DNA from: Promethearchaeia archaeon
Lineage (GTDB): Archaea > Asgardarchaeota > Lokiarchaeia > Sigyniarchaeales > SOKP01
DNA length: 64,000 nucleotides
Direction of reading: 5' to 3'
Assembly: GCA_029856145.1 (NCBI GenBank)
Contig: JAHQWK010000001.1
Location: 320,001-384,000, forward strand
Position 1 is the stretch's first letter; each line of letters begins with the position of its first letter. The position numbers and the translations under genes are program-made. Below are positions 29,939 to 38,942 of this stretch, one piece after another. The notes under the pieces are model-generated. The model was not told where the DNA came from. It saw only the letters and a program-made list of their open reading frames with translations, and searched no databases.

Positions 29939-31489
29939 TTAAGAATTAAAAATTTTACCAGTTTTAGCTTCTTCTTCTTCACGTAGTGGTTGCTTCATTA
30001 TCTTTCCTGTAGGAGTTTTAGGTAAATCGTCCCTAAATTCCACATATTTCGGAACTTTAAAATCAGCCAGATGTTTTTTACAATATTCGATAATCTCTTC
30101 TTCAGTAATAGTTTCTCCTTCTTTCAATACAATAAAAGCTTTAGGAAGTTCTCCATAAATCTTGTCCCGTACTCCAATAACTGTTCCTAATGAAACAACT
30201 GGATGAGAGTAAAGTACTTCCTCAATTTCACGTGGATAAATGTTTTCTCCACCTCGTATTATCATATCCTTTTTTCGATCCGTTATGTAGAAAAATCCAT
30301 CTTCATCCATATATCCAATATCTCCGGTAAATAGCCAACCTTCTTTAAGAGTTTCAGCGTTTGCCTCTGGATTTTTGAAATATTCTTTCATAATATTATC
30401 TCCTTTAACAAGAATTTCACCTTTTATATTTGGAGGAACATCTTTTCCATCCTCATCAACAATTTTCATTTCATTTCCAGGTAAAGGTATGCCAATACTA
30501 CCTACTTTTCGTCTATCTTCCGTTTCGGTGGGCAAAGGATTAACTGAAGAGGCACATGTACCCTCTGTAAGACCATACCCTTCCACAACTTTACATTTAA
30601 AGGTTTTTTCAAATTCTTTAAATACCTCCACAGGTAAAGGAGCAGCTCCACAAACAACATATTCTAATGAAGAAAGATCCAAATTTTCGTGCGGCATTCT
30701 AAGTAAGATAGAGAGTACTGTTGGAACACAACTAAAAGTAGACGCTTTATAATTGGCTACAGTTTGCCAATGTGTCTGAGCCGAAAATCCAGGTGTTAAA
30801 ATACAGCTCGCTCCTATTGTAAGTGGTGCCATAACTGTAACTATTTGAGCATTAACATGGAATAAGGGTAAAATTAGCATATATCGAAAATGTTCCTTAG
30901 CATCCGTGAAATCTCGTATCATTTCAGCATTTCTCCTAATATTAAAATGAGTCTGTAATACACCTTTTGGAAATCCAGTAGTCCCTGATGTATATAATAT
31001 AGCAGCAGGATCTTCTTTTTCGTCAATCTTCACCTCAGGAGGGGATTCAACTGAAGCATTTTCCATCAATTCCCCAAAATTTAAGGTTCCTTCAATAGAT
31101 TCTCCGATCACAATTATATGTTCTAAATTGGGAAGACCAGATTTAATTTGATTAATTAAATCCATAAATTTTGGAATTGTAACAATAATTTTAGCTTCTG
31201 AATGTCCGACTACAAATTTTACTTCTCTCGGTTTAAACAACGCATTTACAGGACCAGTAACAGCTCCTATTTTAGGGATACCTAAATATAAATACACGTA
31301 TTCAGGCATATTTGGTAAATAAACACTAACTTTATCACCTTTTCTGATACCTAAATCGTATAAAAAATTCCCTACTTTATTTGTAAGCTCATTCAATTGA
31401 GAATAAGAAATTGTTTTATCTTTCCAATATAAAAACACTTTATCCTTATACTTTTTTGCTTGATTTTCGACTAATTCTCTAAGATTCAT
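29939..31489 (-). CDS. Long-chain acyl-CoA synthetase
   Basis: YTSGTTGFPKG, EGYGLTE, TGDIG, DRKKDMIIRGGENIYP, LPKTPTGKI. Confidence 0.93.
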   Translation of the reverse strand: MNLRELVENQAKKYKDKVFLYWKDKTISYSQLNELTNKVGNFLYDLGIRKGDKVSVYLPNMPEYVYLYLGIPKIGAVTGPVNALFKPREVKFVVGHSEAKIIVTIPKFMDLINQIKSGLPNLEHIIVIGESIEGTLNFGELMENASVESPPEVKIDEKEDPAAILYTSGTTGFPKGVLQTHFNIRRNAEMIRDFTDAKEHFRYMLILPLFHVNAQIVTVMAPLTIGASCILTPGFSAQTHWQTVANYKASTFSCVPTVLSILLRMPHENLDLSSLEYVVCGAAPLPVEVFKEFEKTFKCKVVEGYGLTEGTCASSVNPLPTETEDRRKVGSIGIPLPGNEMKIVDEDGKDVPPNIKGEILVKGDNIMKEYFKNPEANAETLKEGWLFTGDIGYMDEDGFFYITDRKKDMIIRGGENIYPREIEEVLYSHPVVSLGTVIGVRDKIYGELPKAFIVLKEGETITEEEIIEYCKKHLADFKVPKYVEFRDDLPKTPTGKIMKQPLREEEEAKTGKIFNS

Positions 31490-31719
31490 ATTTTATTTCC
31501 TCATTTATTTTAAAAATATCATATGAGAATTTAAACAAGCAAAAAATATTTTCTCTATTATATAAATTTTATAATATTTATCGAATTTCATTTAGGATTT
31601 ATTCAACGCTACTGAATAAATTTCAATGTGAATATGTAACATATTAATATGAAAAAAATCTAATTTCCATAGTAATCTAAATTTAAAACTCATAAAACAA
31701 ATTTTATAATGTGATAAAA

Positions 31720-32613
31720 ATGTCAGAAGAAGATTTATCAAACAAATTGGTTATAAGTGCTGCTCTTACTGGAGCTGTAACTAATAGAGCTCAGAATCCG
31801 AATGTCCCATTTACAGCAGAAGAATTCGGGGATGAAGCAAAAAAATGTTATGAAGCTGGAGCAGCAATAGTCCATATACATGCAAGAGATCCCGAAAAAG
31901 GCAATCCTACACACGAACTAGATATAATTGGAGCCATAATTGACAATATAAAAGAAAAAGCTCCAGGTCTACTAATTAATCTTAGTACTGCAATAAGCAC
32001 AATCGTCACCCCTAAACAAAGAATTGCGCCGATTGAAACATTTAAGCCACCAATAGCTTCATTAAATTCTAATTCAATGAATTTCGCAGTAGGAGATCAT
32101 AAAACTGGGCGGGTTGGACTAGGTGCGAAAACTATATTTGCAAATACGTTTGATACTATTCAAAAATTTGCCAAATCAATGAAAAAAGCGGGAACTAAAC
32201 CAGAAATAGAAGTTTACGATTTTGGTGGAATGTATAACATTTTACACTTAGCAAAACAACAACCCAAAGTACTTCTTGATCCTCCACTCCATTTTCAATT
32301 TGTGTTTGGTGTATTGGGAGGAGTACCATTTTCTTATGAAAATCTAGCGCATTTTATAAACCTAAAACCTCCAGATGCTAGTTGGAGTGTTTGTGGTGTA
32401 TCTAAAAATCAATTTCAAGCAGCAATGTGTGCAGCAGCTATGGATGGTCATATAAGGGTAGGATTAGAAGATAATATTCGCATGCCTGATGGTAGCTTAG
32501 CTAAAGGAAGTTGGGAACAAGTAGAATGGGCTGCAAAGGTTACTCATATCGTAAATCGCGAAGTTGCTACTCCTGATGAAGCTAGAAAGATCTTTAATCT
32601 ATACCAACGGTAA
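31720..32613 (+). CDS. Beta-keto acid cleavage enzyme (BKACE/Kce family, DUF849)
   Basis: AALTGA, NP.VP.T.EE, AGAAIVHIHARD, KPEIE, HIRVGLEDN, ATPDEAR; ATG at 31720 preferred. Confidence 0.9.
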   Translation: MSEEDLSNKLVISAALTGAVTNRAQNPNVPFTAEEFGDEAKKCYEAGAAIVHIHARDPEKGNPTHELDIIGAIIDNIKEKAPGLLINLSTAISTIVTPKQRIAPIETFKPPIASLNSNSMNFAVGDHKTGRVGLGAKTIFANTFDTIQKFAKSMKKAGTKPEIEVYDFGGMYNILHLAKQQPKVLLDPPLHFQFVFGVLGGVPFSYENLAHFINLKPPDASWSVCGVSKNQFQAAMCAAAMDGHIRVGLEDNIRMPDGSLAKGSWEQVEWAAKVTHIVNREVATPDEARKIFNLYQR

Positions 32614-32689
32614 ATGATATCTAATCGTTTTATTATATTTTTATTTTTTCCTATCTTTATTTTAATTATTAATTGAATAATTTTGATTA

Positions 32690-33826
32690 TTGAATTATAT
32701 AATTGTTGGAAAATATGAAAGGTGGATTTATATCAAACCTAATTTTATTCCAGGATTAAAATTATCTGAACTTTTTTATAATGATGTTATAAAAGAAAAA
32801 CTTGAAAAGGAATATCCTGAGTTAGAATATGCCGCTGCTTTAATAGGTCAAGGTTCTGAAATTCTTGGTTTTGACGATAAGATGTCTACAGATCATCACT
32901 GGGGTCCAAGATTACAACTTTTTTTGAAAGAAGATGATTATGACAAATATAATTTAATAATTAAGAAATATTTCAGCAAAATTTTACCTTTTACCTTTCT
33001 TGGATATTCTACAAACTGGAGCGAACCAAATGAGAAGGATGGAATGAATCAATTTTTGGAACTAAAAACAAATGGTCCAATTAATCATAGAATTGAAATT
33101 TATACTGTTGAACGTTTTTTAAAACTCACTCTTGGCCTTGAATCTCTAGAGCTTAATGAAAGTGATTGGTTTACTATTCCGGAACAGCGGCTATTAGAAT
33201 TTACATCAGGTAAAGTATTTTATGATAATTTTGGAGAATTAACACATGTTAGAAAACATATAAACTATTATCCTGATTCTATTTGGAAATTAAAGATTAT
33301 CGTACAATGGGATCGTATTTCTCAAGAAATGTCATTTGTTGGAAGGATTGGTGGGAAAGGAGATGATCTAGGATCCAGAATAGAAGCATCTCGTTTAGTG
33401 AGATACATTATGGAGATGGCTTTCATTCTTGAAAAGAAATATATTCCATATGAGAAGTGGTTTGCTATAGCTTTCAAACAATTATCTATATCCAAAACTT
33501 TAAACCCTCTATTATTAGGCATACTAAAAGAAAATAATTGGCAACAACGAGAGAAACTCCTTCTTGATGCTTATTTACAACTAATTAAAATGCATATAGA
33601 ATTAAGCCTAATTCCTAATATTAAAATAGAACCCATGCAATTCCATAATCGCCCCCAATTAGTAATTCCTCTTCAAAATGTTATTGAAGAATTAAAGAGG
33701 GGAATTAATTATTCTTTTAGCCAAGTATCATACTCCCTCGGAACCATTAACCAGTTCATTAATATTTGTAATAATTTAAACCCTAAACTTTGCAGAAGAG
33801 CACAACTATTCTATGAAGAGATTTAA
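32690..33826 (+). CDS. DUF4037-like protein (nucleotidyltransferase-like N-terminus)
   Basis: AALIG.GSEILGFDD.MSTDHHWGPR, PEQRLL..T.G.VF.D, YIPYEKW; start uncertain. Confidence 0.75.
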   Translation: MNYIIVGKYERWIYIKPNFIPGLKLSELFYNDVIKEKLEKEYPELEYAAALIGQGSEILGFDDKMSTDHHWGPRLQLFLKEDDYDKYNLIIKKYFSKILPFTFLGYSTNWSEPNEKDGMNQFLELKTNGPINHRIEIYTVERFLKLTLGLESLELNESDWFTIPEQRLLEFTSGKVFYDNFGELTHVRKHINYYPDSIWKLKIIVQWDRISQEMSFVGRIGGKGDDLGSRIEASRLVRYIMEMAFILEKKYIPYEKWFAIAFKQLSISKTLNPLLLGILKENNWQQREKLLLDAYLQLIKMHIELSLIPNIKIEPMQFHNRPQLVIPLQNVIEELKRGINYSFSQVSYSLGTINQFINICNNLNPKLCRRAQLFYEEI

Positions 33827-33854
33827 AAAAAATAAAATAAAAATTAGTTAAAAT

Positions 33855-34334
33855 TTATACTTCTTCCCAATAAAGGATGTCTTTAATTGTTCCTTCTCGT
33901 TTATCATGTGGACGTAAGATTGCTTTAAGTTTTTTACCTGTAAAATCATTATCGAGATTATTAGTATTGATAATCCCTAACATCGAATCATCTGTTCCTT
34001 CGATATTTATGAAAGCAACAACTTTGGGTTTTGCTAAGTTTTTACCATGGGCATTTAATTTAGCTACGGTGAATACTTTTACTGTACCTACAGTTGGTAC
34101 TTCTTTCCAATTACTATCAGGTATCTCTACAAAACAGTCTTCGCAATACATACGAGGAGGACAATAAATTTTACTACATTTTGCACATTTACATGCTAAA
34201 AAGGTATCATTTATCTTAAGATGCTTGAAAAATTTATCACCTGCTATTCCACTTGGATAAAAATAATCTGCTTGCATATCTCCGCGCCAATGCATGGGAG
34301 TGGTTGGATCTGTTTGTTTCTCTAAGAAGCCCAT
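33855..34334 (-). CDS. DUF35 Zn-ribbon + OB-fold protein
   Basis: CAKCSKIYCPPRMYCEDC, REGTIKDI. Confidence 0.9.
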   Translation of the reverse strand: MGFLEKQTDPTTPMHWRGDMQADYFYPSGIAGDKFFKHLKINDTFLACKCAKCSKIYCPPRMYCEDCFVEIPDSNWKEVPTVGTVKVFTVAKLNAHGKNLAKPKVVAFINIEGTDDSMLGIINTNNLDNDFTGKKLKAILRPHDKREGTIKDILYWEEV

Positions 34335-34873
34335 TAATCTCCACCTCCAGTTAATGGTTTAAAATATTTAATATCTGTAATTGAGCCTTCTCTTTCATTC
34401 TCTGGTTTCCACACGGCTTTAACTTTCATTCCAATCTTAATTTCATCCTTAGTCATCTCTGAGAAATAATGCATGAATCCATGATGTGGAGGCGTACCAT
34501 CGAGATCAACTACACCAACTAGAATTGGCTCTTCGATTCTCCTAGCATCAGGATCGAGATATGAAATTGAAAATGTTTCAATAACTCCTGTATCTGGTAA
34601 CTCAATCCATTCTTCAGTGGGACCATAACAATATTCGCAAAACATTCTTGGAGGTACAATGACTCGCTTACATCGTTTACAATGTATCCCATAAATTTTG
34701 CCTTCTTTTAAGCCTTCTAAGAATTTGCTCATCGCAGGACCTAAAGACCAACTGTATTGAACCTCTGGTTCCCACCAAGTATATGTAATCTTTTTATCTC
34801 TTATATCACTTTCACGAACATGAGTACCTGGAGCATATGGTGGCCATTCTTTATAATCTTTCTTTTTTACCAT
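34334..34873 (-). CDS. DUF35 Zn-ribbon + OB-fold protein
   Basis: CKRCKRVIVPPRMFCEYC, GVIETFS, IGMKVKAVW, REGSITDI; ATG at 34873 with GGTGA RBS; 1-nt overlap with the next gene. Confidence 0.9.
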   Translation of the reverse strand: MVKKKDYKEWPPYAPGTHVRESDIRDKKITYTWWEPEVQYSWSLGPAMSKFLEGLKEGKIYGIHCKRCKRVIVPPRMFCEYCYGPTEEWIELPDTGVIETFSISYLDPDARRIEEPILVGVVDLDGTPPHHGFMHYFSEMTKDEIKIGMKVKAVWKPENEREGSITDIKYFKPLTGGGD

Positions 34874-34894
34874 TTTTTTTATCACCTTTTTAAT

Positions 34895-36058
34895 TTAACC
34901 CCTCCGAAGGAGTATAACTGTGCCCATTTGCATGATATCACCCCAAGCTTGTGCGACACCGATTCTTGGGTCTCCTGGAATTTGTCTTTTACCAGCTACA
35001 CCTTTTAGTTGCCAATATAATTCACATACTTTTTGACCCATTGTGGCAGCGATCGGGTTCCCTACACCCAGCAGACCACCAGAAGGACAGACTGGAAAAT
35101 CACCATCTCGTTGTGTAACTCCTTCTCGTGTAAGAATAGGGGCTTCACCTTTTTTGCACAGTAAAAGTCCTTCAAGATGATGCAATTCCTTATATGAGAA
35201 TGGGTCATAAGGTTCAGCAAAGTCTATTTCTTTTCGTGGGTTTTCAATTTTAGCCATTTTATAAGCCATCTTAGCTGCTTGTGCTACATAACGAGGAAAA
35301 GCTAGGTCTCTATTAGTCCACATTGTACTATCTATGTTCCATCCTGTACCTGCTACATAAATTGGATCATCTGTAAATTTATGTACAATATCTTTATTAC
35401 AGAATATCAATGCTGCTGCTCCATCACTAGGTGGACTGATATCTAATCTGTTCACTGGCCAAGCCATTATCTCAGAGTTTAAAACATCTTCAACAGTGAT
35501 GCTAGGATCTGCTAATTGGGCAGAGGGATGACCAACAGCATTTCTTTTATTTTTTACTGAAACTAAAGCAATATCTTCCTTCTTAATGTTATAAGTGGTC
35601 ATGTAGCGGTTCATTTCCATTGCAAATAACCATACTAGATTAGGTGTAAGGGGTCTATCCAAGATTGGATCCCATATATGTCTAAAAGCTGTTTGTGGAT
35701 GAGGGTAACAATTACCCATCTTTTCTTCACATACAACTAAACATATATCGGCGACTCCAGAGGCAACATGCCACCATCCAGCAATAGGAGCAAAGACTCC
35801 TGTACCGCCTCCATTAAAGACTCTTACATATGGTTTGCCTACTGCCGCTGCCCCATCTATAAGATTTTCACCTTTCATATGAATTCCATCAAATGCATCT
35901 GGAGCACTACCCATTACTACCATGTCAATATCATCCTTTTCTAAGCCAGCATCTTCCATTGCCATTTTCGTAGCTAAAAAGGAAAGTTCTTTTCCAGTTT
36001 CTAATAAATGTCTACGAAATAGGGTCATACCGGCTCCTAAAACTGCTACTTCTTTCAT
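34895..36058 (-). CDS. Thiolase-fold protein lacking the nucleophilic Cys, Ltp3-like (YDPF)
   Basis: APDAFDG, KPYVRVFNGGGTG, SDGAAA, EPYDPFSY, GVGNPIAA, QAWG. Confidence 0.87.
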   Translation of the reverse strand: MKEVAVLGAGMTLFRRHLLETGKELSFLATKMAMEDAGLEKDDIDMVVMGSAPDAFDGIHMKGENLIDGAAAVGKPYVRVFNGGGTGVFAPIAGWWHVASGVADICLVVCEEKMGNCYPHPQTAFRHIWDPILDRPLTPNLVWLFAMEMNRYMTTYNIKKEDIALVSVKNKRNAVGHPSAQLADPSITVEDVLNSEIMAWPVNRLDISPPSDGAAALIFCNKDIVHKFTDDPIYVAGTGWNIDSTMWTNRDLAFPRYVAQAAKMAYKMAKIENPRKEIDFAEPYDPFSYKELHHLEGLLLCKKGEAPILTREGVTQRDGDFPVCPSGGLLGVGNPIAATMGQKVCELYWQLKGVAGKRQIPGDPRIGVAQAWGDIMQMGTVILLRRG

Positions 36059-36073
36059 TTTTTTGACACCTCC

Positions 36074-37321
36074 TTATCCCCTCCTAAAAATTGCTACTGC
36101 TCCACTTCCTGAAGGAATTCCACGCCAAGCTTGAGCAAGTCCGACTTCTGCATCAGCAACTTGTCTTTTAGCAGCATGGCCACGAAGTTGAGTAACAATT
36201 TCTAGAGCTTTTTGCAATCCAGTAGCTTCAAAACAATTTCCTACACCTAGACATCCTCCAGATGTGTTTGTAGGAAGTGAACCATTAATTTCTAAGGCTC
36301 CTTCTTCAATTAATTGTTTTGCTTCACCAGGTCTAGCAAGACCTAAAGCCTCAAGATGTTGAAGTTCTTTAAATGAAAATCTATCATCAACTTCAACTAC
36401 ATCAATTTCTTCTCGAGGTTCTGTTATTTTAGCCATTTTATATGCCATCTTTGCTGCTTTAGTAGCATAGCCAGCATCCATACCTCTTGTACCCAGCCAA
36501 GGTGTTTCTGAACAGTATCCAAAACCAGCTAAATATATTGGTTCAATACCTAAATTTTCAGCAGTTTTATCATCAGCAAGTACAAAACACACAGCACCAT
36601 CAACATTAGGGCTGATATCCAATCGTTTAACAGGTTTAAAAAGATATTCAGATTTCATTACATCTTCAATTGAAATTTGGGCTTCATAATCTGAATAAGG
36701 ATTGAAGAATGCATTTTTCTTATTTTTCACAACAACAGCAGCGCATTGTTCCTCTGTAGTTCCTGTTGTTTTTAAATAATGTTGCATTTCTAAACCAGCC
36801 ATAAAATACGGATGAATTCTTTCCTTTTCATCAGAACGCCCTATTAATGGTTTAGGAGCTTCTGGAGTATATCCTGGGCTACCTCCATAATTAGGTCTTT
36901 CAACAGGTCCAGAAACCGGTCTTTCAAATCGAGGATCAAATGCGTGAAGCATAATATCACCAAAAGTTAGCAAATCAGAAATCTTACTATGAGCTTCTAC
37001 TGCTACAACATCTAAACGGCCCGTTTTAATTTGCATATAAGCGTTTGCCAATCCGAAGAGTCCATCCCCACATACAGTACAACAAGGACGTAAAAGTGCT
37101 CCAACTTGGTCTGGTACAAATTCATCGAAAATACTGAAACCTTCCCAATAGTCTTCTGCACATGTTATGAAGCTGTTTACATCTTTTCTAACATCAATAC
37201 CAGCATCTACATAAGCTTTTTTACAAGCTTCATACATTATTTCTTTCCAATGTATATCCGGAGTTATCGAATTAAAGTTGGTAAAACCAACACCGATAAC
37301 GCATACTTGTCTATCTGACAT
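36074..37321 (-). CDS. Thiolase-fold partner subunit (degenerate catalytic motifs)
   Basis: EDYWEG.SIFDE, VCGDGLFG, VEAHSK, EVDDRFS, SGG.LGVGN, QAWRG. Confidence 0.87.
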   Translation of the reverse strand: MSDRQVCVIGVGFTNFNSITPDIHWKEIMYEACKKAYVDAGIDVRKDVNSFITCAEDYWEGFSIFDEFVPDQVGALLRPCCTVCGDGLFGLANAYMQIKTGRLDVVAVEAHSKISDLLTFGDIMLHAFDPRFERPVSGPVERPNYGGSPGYTPEAPKPLIGRSDEKERIHPYFMAGLEMQHYLKTTGTTEEQCAAVVVKNKKNAFFNPYSDYEAQISIEDVMKSEYLFKPVKRLDISPNVDGAVCFVLADDKTAENLGIEPIYLAGFGYCSETPWLGTRGMDAGYATKAAKMAYKMAKITEPREEIDVVEVDDRFSFKELQHLEALGLARPGEAKQLIEEGALEINGSLPTNTSGGCLGVGNCFEATGLQKALEIVTQLRGHAAKRQVADAEVGLAQAWRGIPSGSGAVAIFRRG

Positions 37322-37533
37322 TTTTTACCATCATTTTAGGTTTCTTTTTTTTTAATTTGAATTTTTAATATAATTTATTAATAGATCTTGGTTTTAATAT
37401 AGATTTGATATTTTATTGTTATGTTTTATTTTGATTAAAAATTTTCTAATTGAATGAATTAATATGGATGGGAAAAAAATCCTATTTGAGAGAGAAGAAA
37501 ATTTAAAATCATAAGAAAATTGTCTTATTTATT

Positions 37534-38823
37534 ATGGATACAAGACTCCCGGAATTTCCAAAATTAGAAATCAGTCGAATTATTCCTGAATTGGATTTAT
37601 TAAATAACCCAATACTAAATGTAAAAGAAAAGGAATTTTTAGCTGAGTTTTTTGAATATATGGAAGAAAATCTTGAAAAACATTTGAAAAACTTAGAAGA
37701 ATTAAATTATTCGGCTGAGGAACCAATTCAAGAAAAGAAACGTGAAATAGTAGCTAATTTTATGAAAAAACTAGCAGAAAAGGGATACTATAGTACTGTA
37801 ATAGATTTCGAAGACCATGATGTTGGAAATGTTACAAGAAATGCTCTTATAGCATTAGCCTTATGTGGAGGTTTTTGGTCTCCAAACAGTGATAGATATA
37901 TAAATGGGAATTGGAGTATTGAAATGGGTAGATTATCAGGAGGAACACTTTATTGCAATCCAGTGAATTATAAAGCTAATAATTTTCAACGAGAGAAATA
38001 TCTTATCCCTGTCGTAAAATATGGTTTAATGGCTGCCTCTGCTATGACTGAATTCATTGCTGGTAGTGATATTGCTAGAATCGAGTTAAAACTTGATGAT
38101 AAAGGAGATAAAGTAATCGCAAATGGAAAAAAACTTTTTATAACAAATGGCATGTTAGCAGACTATATTATTCTTTATGGGCGATTAAATAGTGGAAGAT
38201 TGGGTGGTATTATAGTAGATACAGACCATCAACAATTGAAAAATTTTGAATCTTCGAGAGTCAGAACTTATGGAATGAATGATGCTTTTGTCAGTCGTTT
38301 AGTATTTAAAGATACTGAACTTCCTAAAGAAAATCTTCTAGAAGGTGATGGTTTAGACATTATGTTTCATCAACTGACTGAAGAGAGATTAGTCATCAGT
38401 GCAGAAGCTATAGGTGATTGCATTAAAAAACTATTCTTTTCCCATAGTTTCGCCCTTCAACGTGAGCAATTTAAGCACAAATTGCATCAATACCAGATTA
38501 TTAGATTTCCAATTGCTGAAAATATGCGTCAAACAAATTTATTCATTTCAGCATTAATAAATTACGCACGGGAGATTGATAGTCGAACACAAATAGCTAG
38601 TTCTAAAATAATGGCTTCTCAGATAATGGGACTAAAAATTCAAACGTGTGAATTGGCATTTCAGAGTTCCATTGATTTATTTAGAACAATGGGAGGACGT
38701 GCTTTCACAGAGCAATATTGCAATGAAATGGGACTTCTTGACGCATTCTGTATGGTTCATGGTGGTGGAAGTCATTATGTGCTAGGAGATGCTGAATCAA
38801 GAAGGTTCTTTAAAACTAAATAA
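37534..38823 (+). CDS. Divergent acyl-CoA dehydrogenase
   Basis: AMTEFIAGSD, NGKKLFITNG, LTEERL, REQF, MGG, VHGGGS. Confidence 0.87.
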   Translation: MDTRLPEFPKLEISRIIPELDLLNNPILNVKEKEFLAEFFEYMEENLEKHLKNLEELNYSAEEPIQEKKREIVANFMKKLAEKGYYSTVIDFEDHDVGNVTRNALIALALCGGFWSPNSDRYINGNWSIEMGRLSGGTLYCNPVNYKANNFQREKYLIPVVKYGLMAASAMTEFIAGSDIARIELKLDDKGDKVIANGKKLFITNGMLADYIILYGRLNSGRLGGIIVDTDHQQLKNFESSRVRTYGMNDAFVSRLVFKDTELPKENLLEGDGLDIMFHQLTEERLVISAEAIGDCIKKLFFSHSFALQREQFKHKLHQYQIIRFPIAENMRQTNLFISALINYAREIDSRTQIASSKIMASQIMGLKIQTCELAFQSSIDLFRTMGGRAFTEQYCNEMGLLDAFCMVHGGGSHYVLGDAESRRFFKTK

Positions 38824-38942
38824 TTAAGAAGCAAAATCCAGAGAATAATTAAAGATATCTAATAAATTGAATATATTCTAATTTTACTATAAATCTTAAG
38901 AGAATGCATTATTAAATAAAATATCTTAATTAGTTATAGATA

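Noticed and set aside
31631-31645. Palindrome AATATGT-A-ACATATT between divergent genes (also ATTTTTGA-T-TCAAAAAT at 40330-40346)
   Set aside because: 7-8 bp AT-rich arms are expected by chance, and I did not see the motif recur upstream of other lipid genes.
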